Of a stretch of 32,000 nt of DNA, positions 10,368 to 19,730 are shown in pieces; positions within the stretch are counted from its first letter, which is position 1, and each line of letters starts with the position of its first letter. This stretch comes from Dickeya dadantii NCPPB 898 (GTDB lineage Bacteria; Pseudomonadota; Gammaproteobacteria; Enterobacterales; Enterobacteriaceae): the NCBI RefSeq assembly GCF_000406145.1, contig NZ_CM001976.1, positions 687,260 to 719,259 on the forward strand, in the 5' to 3' direction. The notes beneath the pieces are model-generated. The model did not search any database and had not been told where the DNA came from. It worked only from the letters and a program-made list of their open reading frames with translations. A program made the translations under genes and the position numbers.

Positions 10368-10634
10368 ATGGACATCAATAACAAATCACGTATTCACTGG
10401 GCGTGCAGACGCGGAATGCGTGAACTGGATATCTCCATCATGCCGTTTTTCGAGCATGAGTACGACACGCTGAGCGACGACGACAAGCAGCAGTTCATCC
10501 GTCTGTTGCAGTGCGACGATCCCGACTTGTTCAACTGGTTGATGAACCATGGCGAGCCGGTGGATCCGGCGCTGAAACGCATGGTTTCCCTTATTCAGAC
10601 GCGAAATAAAGACCGTGGCCCAGTGGCAATGTGA
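10368..10634 (+). CDS. sdhE: FAD assembly factor SdhE (YgfY/CptB)
   Basis: [36 protein letters not shown]...[19 protein letters not shown], 88 aa from the ATG at 10368, the same length and N-terminus as E. coli SdhE. The track ORF starts 5 codons earlier at a GTG. Confidence 0.95.
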   Translation: MDINNKSRIHWACRRGMRELDISIMPFFEHEYDTLSDDDKQQFIRLLQCDDPDLFNWLMNHGEPVDPALKRMVSLIQTRNKDRGPVAM

Positions 10635-11046
10635 TTTACGCGTATCCTGGCGCATGCAGCTGTTTTCGCTGCTGACGCACGGGTTTCTGGTGCTGATGAT
10701 CCTGCTGGCCCCCTGGCCGGACGGCTATGCGCCGCTGTGGCTGGGGCTGGTGACGCTGGTGGTGTTCGGTTTTGTGTTCAGCCAGCGCATCATCAAGACG
10801 CGTCAGGGGGAGATTTCCCTGCATGGGGAAAACCAACTGCACTGGCAGAAGCGTGACTGGCAGATAGTCCGGCGGCCGTGGCTGATGCGCAACGGCGTGT
10901 TGCTGTCATTGCGGGCGGTGGATGGCAAAGGGCATCAACGCCTGTGGCTGGCGTCTGACAGTATGGGAAACGAAGAGTGGCGGCTGTTGCGCCAACTGCT
11001 GCAGCAGCATTCGCTGCAGGGAACGGAATCCTCCCACCATCATTAA
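10615..11046 (+). CDS. ygfX: Inner membrane protein YgfX (CptA)
   Basis: A GTG start gives (M)[12 protein letters not shown]...; E. coli YgfX starts MVLWQSDLRVSWR. It has two predicted N-terminal TM segments and overlaps the sdhE 3' end by 20 nt. Confidence 0.88.
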   Translation: MAQWQCDLRVSWRMQLFSLLTHGFLVLMILLAPWPDGYAPLWLGLVTLVVFGFVFSQRIIKTRQGEISLHGENQLHWQKRDWQIVRRPWLMRNGVLLSLRAVDGKGHQRLWLASDSMGNEEWRLLRQLLQQHSLQGTESSHHH

Positions 11047-11142
11047 TGGCGGGAGCCGCATCAAACCGGCATCAGGCGTTGCATCCATGCTGCACACGCA
11101 ACGCCTGAACGCCAGCCCTGACGTCGCGCGTCAGGCTGTGCG

Positions 11143-11661
11143 TCAAAGTAACTCCGCCATTTCGTGCAGAATCTGCTCGCACCACTGTTGAATCCGCTCG
11201 TCGCTCATGTCGTACTGATTCACGTCATCCAGCGCCAGACCAACAAAGTGCTTACCGTCTTCCGTAACCGGTTTCGGGCTGGTGAAGTCGTAGCCCTCTG
11301 TCGGCCAGTAGCCGATAAAACGCACCCCCAGCGGCTTGAGCTGGTCGTGCAGCATGCCAAGCGCGTCCAGAAACCATTCGCCGTACCCTAACTGGTCGCC
11401 CATGCCGTAGAGCGCGACAATTTTGTCTTTCAGATTCAGCGCCGACAGCTGCGCCCAGATGGCTTCCCAGTCTTCCTGAATTTCACCGAAGTCCCAGGTG
11501 GGGATACCAAGGATCAGCATCTCGTAGTTTTCCATTTCCTGGGGCGCGACGTCTTTCACGTTGTGCAGGTCTACCAGCTCCTCGCCCAGAATGTCGCGGA
11601 TTTTCTCCGCCGCCATCTCGGTGTAACAGGTGCTGGTGCCGTAAAAAAGTCCTATATTCAT
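11143..11661 (-). CDS. fldB: Flavodoxin 2
   Basis: [24 protein letters not shown]...[19 protein letters not shown]...[23 protein letters not shown], 172 aa, is colinear with E. coli FldB. Confidence 0.95.
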   Translation of the reverse strand: MNIGLFYGTSTCYTEMAAEKIRDILGEELVDLHNVKDVAPQEMENYEMLILGIPTWDFGEIQEDWEAIWAQLSALNLKDKIVALYGMGDQLGYGEWFLDALGMLHDQLKPLGVRFIGYWPTEGYDFTSPKPVTEDGKHFVGLALDDVNQYDMSDERIQQWCEQILHEMAELL

Positions 11662-11756
11662 AAGTGTCTGATCGTGATTGCATCAATAAAGGCGGTATCG
11701 CAGAGCGTTTAGCCTAACGGAATATCACAGGGGCGTACAGGGCGGGAGCGGAAGAA

Positions 11757-11781
11757 GGGATGAAGACGGCGTCTTCATCCC
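11757..11781 (-). terminator. Perfect hairpin just downstream of the MFS transporter stop codon
   Basis: gggatgaagac-ggc-gtcttcatccc is an 11-bp perfect stem with a 3-nt loop, located 9 nt after the stop at 11790. The minus-strand tail is TTCTTCC, a weak U-tract. Confidence 0.55.
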
Positions 11782-11789
11782 TAACTGAC

Positions 11790-13115
11790 TTAACTGAGAG
11801 ACTGGTGACGGGTTTCCTTCGTCAGCAGCAAGGCGATCAGCGTCAGCGATGCCATCGCGGCGAGGTAAACGCCCACATAGAACAACCCGTAATGGCTGGT
11901 CAGCCAGGCGGCGATGTACGGCGCTACGGACGCCCCCAGAATAGAGGAGACGTTATAGGAGAACGACGCGCCGGTATAACGCACTTCGGTCGGAAACAGT
12001 TCCGGCAGCAGCGCGCCCATTGGGCCGAAGGTCAGCCCCATCAGGCTCAGGCCGCATACCAGAAACGCCATAATCAACGCCTGATTGCCGGAGCCCAGCA
12101 AAGACGGGAACGCCATGGCGAACACCAGCATGATGCAGGTCACGGTGATCATGGTTTTGCGGCGGCCGACCGCGTCAGCCAGATAGCCCGCCACCGGGAT
12201 CATCAAACCGAAACCGATCACCGCCATCATCAGCATCCACAGGAAGCTGTTGCGCGGAATGCCAAGCCCGGCCGGCGCCGGTGTGGTGCCGTAGGTCATG
12301 GAGTAGACGGTCATGATGTAAAACAGGGTGTAGGTCGCCAGCATGATGAACGTGCCCAGAACGGTGGCTTTCACATGTTTGCTCAGCAGGGTGCCCAGCG
12401 GCACGCGCACCTGTTTCCCTTCTTTGGCGACCTTGGCGAATACCGGGGTTTCATGCAGCGATACGCGCACGTACAGGCCAATGATCACCAGCACGGCAGA
12501 GGCGATGAACGGCACGCGCCATCCCCAGGCCATGAACTGTTCATTGGTCAGCACCCAGGACAGCAGCAGGAAGGTGCCGTTGGCGAAGAAGAAGCCGATC
12601 GGCGCGCCCAGCTGCGGGAAGGAGCCGTACAGCGCGCGCTTGTGGGCCGGGGCGTTTTCCGTCGCCAGCAGCGCCGCGCCGCCCCATTCGCCGCCGAGGC
12701 CAAGCCCCTGGCCGAAACGGGCCAGCGCCAGCAGCAGCGGAGCCAGGACGCCGATGGTTTCATAGCTCGGCAGCAGACCGATCAATACGGTGGAGATCCC
12801 CATGGTCAGCAGCGACGCAACCAGCGTCACTTTGCGGCCGACGCGGTCGCCGAAGTGGCCGAATAGCGCGGAGCCGATCGGGCGTGCCACAAACGCGATG
12901 GCGAAGGTGGCCAGCGATTGCAGCGTGGCGGCGGTAGCGTCACCCTGCGGGAAGAAAATGTGCGGAAATATCAGCACGGCGGCGGTAGCATAAATGTAAA
13001 AATCGAAGAATTCGATGGCGGTGCCGATCAGCGAGGCGACCACCACTTTGTTGCGCGAGTTTACCGGCGCGTCTGGTGTTTGATTATCAATAGTGGATGA
13101 AATGGAGGCTTGCAT
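11790..13115 (-). CDS. MFS transporter, metabolite:H+ symporter (MHS; ShiA/KgtP/ProP-like) family
   Basis: The 441-aa ORF has the family blocks FFDFYIY, FGHFGDRVGRK, GGEWGGAALL and WGWRVPF. The substrate cannot be inferred. Confidence 0.85.
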   Translation of the reverse strand: MQASISSTIDNQTPDAPVNSRNKVVVASLIGTAIEFFDFYIYATAAVLIFPHIFFPQGDATAATLQSLATFAIAFVARPIGSALFGHFGDRVGRKVTLVASLLTMGISTVLIGLLPSYETIGVLAPLLLALARFGQGLGLGGEWGGAALLATENAPAHKRALYGSFPQLGAPIGFFFANGTFLLLSWVLTNEQFMAWGWRVPFIASAVLVIIGLYVRVSLHETPVFAKVAKEGKQVRVPLGTLLSKHVKATVLGTFIMLATYTLFYIMTVYSMTYGTTPAPAGLGIPRNSFLWMLMMAVIGFGLMIPVAGYLADAVGRRKTMITVTCIMLVFAMAFPSLLGSGNQALIMAFLVCGLSLMGLTFGPMGALLPELFPTEVRYTGASFSYNVSSILGASVAPYIAAWLTSHYGLFYVGVYLAAMASLTLIALLLTKETRHQSLS

Positions 13116-13149
13116 AGTTTTTTGCTTTTTTGTAACACACGGACCCGCA

Positions 13150-13163
13150 TTCTATGCATAGAA
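13150..13163. promoter_or_regulatory. Perfect 14-bp palindrome TTCTATGCATAGAA upstream of the MFS transporter gene (candidate operator)
   Basis: Self-complementarity was checked base by base. It lies 35-48 bp upstream of the transporter ATG (13115) in the divergent MFS/xerD spacer. Confidence 0.35.
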
Positions 13164-13377
13164 AAAAGTTCTTTTCAAACCAGCGCCGCGTCTGATGCCG
13201 GCCCTTGTGGCAACGGCATTCCGGGATACGCTGGAATAAGAAAATATAATCCCTTTCGCGCTTCGTTTTGCCACAGGATGTGATGAAGTTGAGAATGATT
13301 ACCGAATTGTACCCCGAACATACTCGGTGAGGCATAATGGTTGAATGGAGCCGTTGGCGGCATGACGGGAGAGAGTG

Positions 13378-14277
13378 ATGCCAAAACAGGATCAGACGTT
13401 AATCGAGCAGTTTCTGGATGCTCTGTGGCTGGAGCGCAATCTGGCGGAAAATACGCTGTCGTCCTATCGCAATGACCTGCGCTCGCTGGCGGACTGGCTG
13501 GCTCATCATGACAGTAGCCTGTTGCAGGCGCAGCCGTCGGATTTGCAGGACTTTCTGGCTGAACGCCTGGAAGGCGGCTACAAGGCGACCAGTTCGGCCC
13601 GTCTGCTGAGCGCGATGCGACGCTTGTTCCAGTACCTGTACCGGGAAAAACAGCGCCCCGACGACCCGAGCGCGCCGCTGTCTTCGCCCAAACTGCCGCA
13701 GCGGCTGCCGAAGGATCTGACGGAGGCGCAGGTAGAAGCGCTGCTGGCGGCGCCGGTTACCGATCAACCGATCGAACTGCGGGACAAAGCGATGCTGGAG
13801 CTGCTGTACGCCACCGGCCTGCGCGTATCGGAACTGGTGGGGCTGACCATCAGCGACGTCAGCCTGCGACAGGGCGTGGTGCGCGTGATAGGGAAGGGCA
13901 ACAAAGAACGGCTGGTACCGCTGGGAGAAGAGGCGGTGTACTGGCTGGAACAGTATCTGGAGTACAGCCGCCCCTGGCTACTGAACGGCCAGACGCTGGA
14001 TGTGCTGTTCCCAAGCAACCGCGCCCAGCAAATGACGCGCCAGACGTTCTGGCACCGCATCAAGCACTATGCGACACTGGCGTCTATTGACAGCAATAAA
14101 CTTTCTCCGCATGTTTTGCGTCATGCCTTTGCAACCCACCTGCTGAATCACGGTGCGGATCTGCGAGTGGTACAGATGTTACTGGGCCACAGCGATCTTT
14201 CCACCACGCAGATTTATACCCACGTTGCGACGGAGCGGCTGAGACAGCTGCATCAACAGCACCATCCCCGGGCATGA
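13378..14277 (+). CDS. xerD: Site-specific tyrosine recombinase XerD
   Basis: IEQFLDALWLE.NLAENTL..YR.DL...GGYKATSSARLLSA.RRLFQYLYREK...GADLRVVQMLLGHSDLSTTQIYTHVATERLRQLHQQHHPRA. The C-terminus is identical to E. coli XerD as recalled. ATG is at 13378; the track uses GTG 13375. Confidence 0.96.
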   Translation: MPKQDQTLIEQFLDALWLERNLAENTLSSYRNDLRSLADWLAHHDSSLLQAQPSDLQDFLAERLEGGYKATSSARLLSAMRRLFQYLYREKQRPDDPSAPLSSPKLPQRLPKDLTEAQVEALLAAPVTDQPIELRDKAMLELLYATGLRVSELVGLTISDVSLRQGVVRVIGKGNKERLVPLGEEAVYWLEQYLEYSRPWLLNGQTLDVLFPSNRAQQMTRQTFWHRIKHYATLASIDSNKLSPHVLRHAFATHLLNHGADLRVVQMLLGHSDLSTTQIYTHVATERLRQLHQQHHPRA

Positions 14278-14365
14278 GGTCCGGTGGGCTGACAGGATGT
14301 CATGGCGGGTTCCCCGCCAATGATGGATAAGCACGGCGCTTGCGCCCTGATAACAGGATAATTCC

Positions 14366-15082
14366 ATGAAAAAACGTGTAGTACTCTTTTCATTGCTGAC
14401 TCTGGCCCTGAGCGGCGTGGCGCGCGCCGATGACGCCGCAATCAAGCAGACGCTAAACCGTCTGGGTTTGCAGAGCGCGGAAGTGAAGGATTCCCCCATC
14501 GGCGGGATGAAAACCGTGCTGACCGAGAACGGCGTGCTCTATATCACCGAGGACGGCAAACACCTGCTGCAGGGGCCGCTGTATGACGTCAGCGGCAAGA
14601 CCCCGGTGAACGTTACCAACCATATTCTGAACGAGCGTCTGGATGCGCTGAAAGACCAGATGATCGTCTATAAGGCGCCGCAGGAAAAACATGTCATTAC
14701 CGTGTTTACCGACATCACCTGCGGTTACTGCCACAAGCTGCACGAGCAGATGAAAGACTACAACGCGCTTGGCATTACCGTGCGTTATCTGGCGTATCCC
14801 CGTCAGGGCATGAATTCTCAGGCGGCAAAAGACATGCAGTCGATCTGGTGCGTGGCGGATCGCAACAAGGCGTTTGACGCCGCCATGAAAGGCGATGACG
14901 TGTCGCCTGCCACCTGTAAAACCGATATCGGCGCCCATTATCAGCTGGGCGTGCTGTTCGGCGTGCAGGGGACGCCGGCGATCGTGCTGGACGATGGCAC
15001 GGTGGTGCCGGGATATCAGCCGCCCAAAGAGATGATGGCGATGCTGGATGCGCACAAAGCCTCGCTGAAATCAGGCGGTTAA
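14366..15082 (+). CDS. dsbC: Periplasmic thiol:disulfide interchange protein (disulfide isomerase) DsbC
   Basis: Signal peptide MKKRVVLFSLLTLALSGVARA, active site FTDITCGYCHKLH, and a position between xerD and recJ. Confidence 0.95.
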   Translation: MKKRVVLFSLLTLALSGVARADDAAIKQTLNRLGLQSAEVKDSPIGGMKTVLTENGVLYITEDGKHLLQGPLYDVSGKTPVNVTNHILNERLDALKDQMIVYKAPQEKHVITVFTDITCGYCHKLHEQMKDYNALGITVRYLAYPRQGMNSQAAKDMQSIWCVADRNKAFDAAMKGDDVSPATCKTDIGAHYQLGVLFGVQGTPAIVLDDGTVVPGYQPPKEMMAMLDAHKASLKSGG

Positions 15083-15120
15083 TTGAATCGAGTGGTTAAT
15101 TGAATCGAGTGGTTAATCAA
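15077..15120 (+). repeat. Tandem duplication of a 17-bp unit GGTTAATTGAATCGAGT (2 full copies plus a 7-bp partial copy) spanning the dsbC stop codon
   Basis: Units 15077-15093 and 15094-15110 are identical, and 15111-15117 (ggttaat) repeats the unit start. The dsbC TAA (15080-15082) lies in copy 1. The recJ GTG is at 15123. Confidence 0.9.
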
Positions 15121-15122
15121 GC

Positions 15123-16853
15123 GTGAATGTTGTTACCCAACTCCGTCGTCGCCCGACGGCGGAGACAGAGTTACCCGACTCCCTCCCCGCATTGTTGCGT
15201 CGTTTATACGCCCAGCGCGGCGTACGACAGATGCAGGAACTGGAACGCAGTCTGCGCGGCCTGCTGGATTACCGTCTGCTTGGCGGCATTACGCAGGCGG
15301 TCGAGGTGTTGCGTCAGGCGCTGGCGGATAACCGCCGCATCGTGATCGTCGGCGATTTCGACGCCGACGGCGCCACCAGCACCGCGCTGACGGTGCTGGC
15401 GTTGCGTAGCATGGGCGGCCGTGAAGTTCAGTATCTGGTGCCCAACCGGTTTGAAGATGGCTACGGGCTCAGTCCGGAAGTGGTGGCGCAAGCCGCCGCT
15501 AAAGGCGCGGAGCTGATCGTGACCGTCGATAACGGTATTTCGTCCCACGCCGGGGTGGACGATGCACACCGGCGCGGCATCGCGGTGGTGGTGACCGACC
15601 ACCATCTGCCGGGGGAAACCCTGCCGGCGGCGGAGGCGATGATCAACCCCAACCTGTCGGATTGCACGTTTCCGTCGAAAGCGCTGGCCGGGGTGGGCGT
15701 CGCGTTTTACCTGATGATGGCGCTGCGGGCTAACCTGCGGGAGTGTGGCTGGTTTGTCGAACGCGGGCTGGCCGAGCCGAATCTGGCGGAACTGCTGGAT
15801 CTGGTGGCGCTGGGCACGGTGGCGGACGTGGTGCCGCTGGATGCCAACAACCGTATTCTGATCTCGCAGGGATTAAGCCGGATCCGCGCCGGCAAATGCC
15901 GACCGGGGATTCGCGCGTTGCTGGAAGTGTCCAACCGCGACGCCGTCCAACTGGTGGCAAGCGATCTGGGGTTTGCGCTCGGGCCGCGTCTTAATGCCGC
16001 CGGCCGGCTGGACGATATGTCCGTCGGCGTGGAACTGCTGCTGTGTAACGACATCGTGCAGGCGCGGATGCTGGCCAGCGATCTGGATGCGCTGAACCAG
16101 AGTCGCCGTGAAATCGAAGCCGGGATGCAGGTGGAAGCGTTGCACTTGTGCGAACAGCTGGAGCGCAGCCGCGACACGCTGCCGCTGGGGCTGGCGATGT
16201 ACCATCCGGAGTGGCATCAGGGAGTGGTGGGGATTCTGGCGTCGCGCATCAAGGAGCGCTTTCACCGCCCGGTTATCGCGTTTGCGCCCGCGGGCGACGG
16301 CATTCTGAAAGGTTCCGGGCGGTCTATCGCCGGGTTGCATCTGCGCGACGCGCTGGAACGCCTTGATACCTGTCACCCCGGCCTGATGCTGAAATTCGGC
16401 GGCCACGCCATGGCGGCGGGATTGTCGCTGGTGGAAGATCGCTTTGACGAGTTTCGCCAGCGTTTTGCCGACCTGGTGGGCGAGTGGCTGGATGCCTCGC
16501 AACTGGAAGGCGTCGTCTGGTCCGACGGCGAGCTGGCGATCCCTGAGCTGACGCTGGGCACTGCCGAGATGCTGCGTGAAGCGGGGCCGTGGGGGCAGGC
16601 GTTTCCGGAGCCGACTTTCGACGGGCGCTTTCGCCTGTTGCAGCAACGGCTGGTCGGCGAGCGCCACCTCAAAGTGATGGTGGAGCCGCTGGGCGGCGGC
16701 CCGCTGCTGGACGGCATCGCGTTCAACGTCGACACCCTGTTGTGGCCCGATAGCAGCGTGCGCGAAGTCGAGCTGGCTTACAAACTGGACGTCAACGAAT
16801 TCCGCGGCAAACGTTCGGTACAACTGCTGATCGAGCACCTGTGGCCGCTGTAG
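15123..16853 (+). CDS. recJ: Single-stranded-DNA-specific 5'-3' exonuclease RecJ
   Basis: The 576-aa ORF has DHH motifs (VGDFDADGATSTA, TVDNGISS, VVTDHH) and GGHAMAAG, and is colinear with E. coli RecJ. GTG at 15123 is the first possible in-frame start after the stop at 15114-15116. Confidence 0.95.
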   Translation: MNVVTQLRRRPTAETELPDSLPALLRRLYAQRGVRQMQELERSLRGLLDYRLLGGITQAVEVLRQALADNRRIVIVGDFDADGATSTALTVLALRSMGGREVQYLVPNRFEDGYGLSPEVVAQAAAKGAELIVTVDNGISSHAGVDDAHRRGIAVVVTDHHLPGETLPAAEAMINPNLSDCTFPSKALAGVGVAFYLMMALRANLRECGWFVERGLAEPNLAELLDLVALGTVADVVPLDANNRILISQGLSRIRAGKCRPGIRALLEVSNRDAVQLVASDLGFALGPRLNAAGRLDDMSVGVELLLCNDIVQARMLASDLDALNQSRREIEAGMQVEALHLCEQLERSRDTLPLGLAMYHPEWHQGVVGILASRIKERFHRPVIAFAPAGDGILKGSGRSIAGLHLRDALERLDTCHPGLMLKFGGHAMAAGLSLVEDRFDEFRQRFADLVGEWLDASQLEGVVWSDGELAIPELTLGTAEMLREAGPWGQAFPEPTFDGRFRLLQQRLVGERHLKVMVEPLGGGPLLDGIAFNVDTLLWPDSSVREVELAYKLDVNEFRGKRSVQLLIEHLWPL

Positions 16854-16872
16854 CGCACAGGCGCTGAAACCT

Positions 16873-16902
16873 ACGCCGGGGTTCCCCCCGGCGTTTTCTT
16901 TT
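16873..16902 (+). terminator. Rho-independent terminator after recJ
   Basis: acgccgggg-ttcc-ccccggcgt is a 9-bp stem followed by tttctttt. Confidence 0.8.
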
Positions 16903-17021
16903 CGCCATGCGGCGTATCCCGCTAAAATAGGTAAAAAGCTATAAACCACGGCGCGGATCCGCTACAATTTGCCGTTTACATGCATTATCTCATCGACAAA
17001 CAACATTAAGATCCTAACACC

Positions 17022-18120
17022 ATGTTTGAAATCAATCCGGTAAAAAACCGCATTCAGGACCTGTCTGAACGGACAGCTGTTCTGAGGGGGTATCTTTGAC
17101 TATGACGCCAAGAAAGAGCGTCTGGAAGAGGTAAACGCCGAGCTGGAACAGCCCGACGTATGGAACGAACCTGAACGCGCGCAGGCGCTGGGGAAAGAGC
17201 GTTCCTCCCTGGAAATGATTGTCGACACCATTGATCAGATGGTTCAGGGGCTGGACGATGTTTCCGGTCTGCTGGAACTGGCGGTGGAAGAAGACGACGA
17301 AGACACCTTCAACGACACCGTTGCCGAGCTGGATCAGCTGGAAAGCAAGCTGGGTCAGCTGGAATTCCGCCGTATGTTCTCCGGCGAGTACGACAGCGCC
17401 GACTGCTACCTCGACCTGCAGGCCGGTTCCGGCGGCACCGAGGCGCAGGACTGGGCCAGCATGCTGCTGCGCATGTATCTGCGCTGGGCGGAAAGCAAAG
17501 GCTTCAAGACCGAAATCATTGAAGAGTCCGAAGGTGAAGTGGCCGGTATCAAGTCCGCCACCATCAAAATCATGGGCGAATATGCGTTTGGCTGGCTGCG
17601 TACCGAAACTGGCGTACACCGTCTGGTGCGTAAGAGCCCGTTCGATTCCGGTGGTCGCCGTCACACCTCGTTCAGCTCTGCCTTCGTCTACCCGGAAGTG
17701 GATGACGACATTGATATCGAGATTAATCCCGCGGACCTGCGTATCGACGTATACCGCGCGTCCGGCGCCGGCGGCCAGCACGTTAACCGTACTGAATCCG
17801 CGGTGCGTATCACCCACATTCCCACCAATATCGTTACTCAGTGCCAGAACGATCGATCCCAGCACAAGAACAAAGATCAGGCCATGAAGCAGCTGAAAGC
17901 CAAGCTGTATGAGTTTGAAATGCAGAAGAAGAACGCGGAGAAACAGGCGCTGGAAGACAACAAGTCCGACATCGGCTGGGGCAGCCAGATTCGTTCTTAT
18001 GTGCTGGATGACTCCCGTATTAAAGACCTGCGCACCGGGGTGGAAACACGCAATACCCAGTCGGTGCTGGACGGTGATCTGGACAAGTTTATCGAAGCAA
18101 GTTTAAAAGCGGGGTTATAA
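17022..18120 (+). CDS. prfB: Peptide chain release factor 2, made by a programmed +1 frameshift: join(17022..17096,17098..18120)
   Basis: Frame 0 reads [25 protein letters not shown] and then TGA at 17097-17099. The +1 frame from GAC (17098) continues in the frame of the 17215..18120 ORF to the stop. The total is 365 aa, the length I remember for E. coli RF2. SPF and GGQ motifs are present ([24 protein letters not shown]). Confidence 0.96.
17085..17100 (+). promoter_or_regulatory. prfB autoregulatory +1 frameshift site (internal SD-like AGGGGG, 3-nt spacer, CTT TGA C slippery/stop context)
   Basis: The sequence agggggtatctttgac matches the classical E. coli prfB recoding cassette. Confidence 0.95.
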
Positions 18121-18129
18121 GGAATTCTC

Positions 18130-19647
18130 ATGTCTGAACCACAAAATCAGGGTGCCGAACAGGCGCTGGATCTTAATAACGAACTCAGAACGCGCCGCGA
18201 GAAACTGGCGTCGTTGCGTGAAACCGGCGTGGCTTTCCCGAATGATTTCCGCCGTGACAGCATTTCTGATCGACTGCACGCCAGCTACGACGAAAAAGAC
18301 AACGAAGAGCTGGAAGCGCTGGGTCTGGAAGTGAACGTGGCCGGCCGCATGATGACCCGTCGTATCATGGGCAAGGCGTCGTTCGTGACGCTGCAGGACG
18401 TGGGCGGCCGCATTCAGCTGTATGTGTCGCGCGACGATCTGCCGGAAGGCGTCTACAACGAACAGTTCAAAAAATGGGACCTCGGCGACATCGTCGGCGC
18501 GCGCGGCAAGTTGTTCAAAACCAAAACCGGCGAGTTGTCGATCCACTGTACCGAACTGCGTCTGCTGACCAAGGCGCTGCGCCCGTTGCCGGACAAGTTC
18601 CACGGCCTGGCGGATCAGGAAACCCGTTACCGTCAGCGCTATCTGGACCTGATCGCTAACGAAGAGTCTCGCCATACTTTCCGCGTACGCTCGCAGATTA
18701 TGGCCGGCATCCGCCAGTTCATGGTCGGCCGCGACTTCATGGAAGTGGAAACGCCGATGATGCAGGTGATCCCCGGCGGTGCGGCGGCGCGTCCGTTCAT
18801 CACCCATCACAACGCGCTGGATATCGACATGTACCTGCGTATCGCGCCGGAACTGTACCTGAAGCGTCTGGTGGTGGGCGGTTTTGAACGCGTGTTCGAA
18901 ATCAACCGCAACTTCCGTAACGAAGGCGTGTCGCCGCGTCACAACCCTGAGTTCACCATGATGGAACTCTACATGGCGTACGCGGACTACAAAGACCTGA
19001 TCGAACTGACCGAGTCGCTGTTCCGCACGCTGGCGCAGGACGTGCTGGGCGCGACCGAAGTGCAGTACGGCGACCAGGTGTTCGACTTCGGCAAGCCGTT
19101 CGAGAAGCTGACCATGCGTGAGGCGATCAAGAAATATCGCCCGGAAACCAACATGGCGGATCTGGACAGCTTCGACGCGGCGAAAGCCATCGCGGAATCT
19201 ATCGGCATCAAGGTGGAGAAGAGCTGGGGTCTGGGCCGCATCGTCACCGAGATCTTCGAAGAAACCGCCGAAGCACATCTGATTCAGCCGACCTTCATCA
19301 CTGAGTACCCGGCGGAAGTCTCTCCGCTGGCGCGTCGTAACGACCAGAATCCGGAAATTACCGACCGCTTTGAATTCTTCATCGGCGGACGTGAAATCGG
19401 CAACGGTTTCTCCGAGCTGAACGACGCTGAAGATCAGGCGCAACGCTTTCAGGATCAGGTTGCTGCGAAAGACGCCGGCGATGACGAAGCCATGTTCTAC
19501 GACGAAGACTACGTTACCGCGCTGGAACACGGCCTGCCGCCGACCGCCGGCCTGGGCATCGGTATCGATCGTCTGGTGATGCTGTTCACCAACAGCCACA
19601 CCATCCGCGACGTGATCCTGTTCCCGGCGATGCGTCCGCAGAAGTAA
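18130..19647 (+). CDS. lysS: Lysine--tRNA ligase (class II)
   Basis: The 505-aa ORF lies 9 nt after prfB and carries class II motifs ([19 protein letters not shown]), colinear with E. coli LysS. Confidence 0.96.
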   Translation: MSEPQNQGAEQALDLNNELRTRREKLASLRETGVAFPNDFRRDSISDRLHASYDEKDNEELEALGLEVNVAGRMMTRRIMGKASFVTLQDVGGRIQLYVSRDDLPEGVYNEQFKKWDLGDIVGARGKLFKTKTGELSIHCTELRLLTKALRPLPDKFHGLADQETRYRQRYLDLIANEESRHTFRVRSQIMAGIRQFMVGRDFMEVETPMMQVIPGGAAARPFITHHNALDIDMYLRIAPELYLKRLVVGGFERVFEINRNFRNEGVSPRHNPEFTMMELYMAYADYKDLIELTESLFRTLAQDVLGATEVQYGDQVFDFGKPFEKLTMREAIKKYRPETNMADLDSFDAAKAIAESIGIKVEKSWGLGRIVTEIFEETAEAHLIQPTFITEYPAEVSPLARRNDQNPEITDRFEFFIGGREIGNGFSELNDAEDQAQRFQDQVAAKDAGDDEAMFYDEDYVTALEHGLPPTAGLGIGIDRLVMLFTNSHTIRDVILFPAMRPQK

Positions 19648-19673
19648 TTCTGTCGGGTGACGATTGCACGATG

Positions 19674-19705
19674 AAAAACCGGTGCCTGCTGGCACCGGTT
19701 TTTTT
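19674..19705. terminator. Bidirectional Rho-independent terminator between lysS (+) and the ferritin-like gene (-)
   Basis: aaaaaccggtgcc-tgct-ggcaccggttttttt is a symmetric hairpin with an A-run on one side and a T-run on the other, so it reads as a terminator on both strands. Confidence 0.9.
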
Positions 19706-19730
19706 ACGGCTGCAATTTGCGCCGGGCGCG

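Noticed and set aside
18115-19695. 526-aa ORF antisense to the whole of lysS. Similar long antisense ORFs occur at 3816-5231 and 5349-6536 (gcvP), 11760-12866 (MFS), 15873-16949 (recJ), 17032-17865 (prfB), 21580-22383 (GMC), 23519-24007 (phosphoesterase), 29600-30211 (adaptor) and 31351-31860 (RND).
   Set aside because: These are shadow ORFs, as expected opposite G+C-rich genes. Their translations are low-complexity and rich in R, H, Q and A with no recognisable motifs. Each lies opposite a gene with unambiguous homology.
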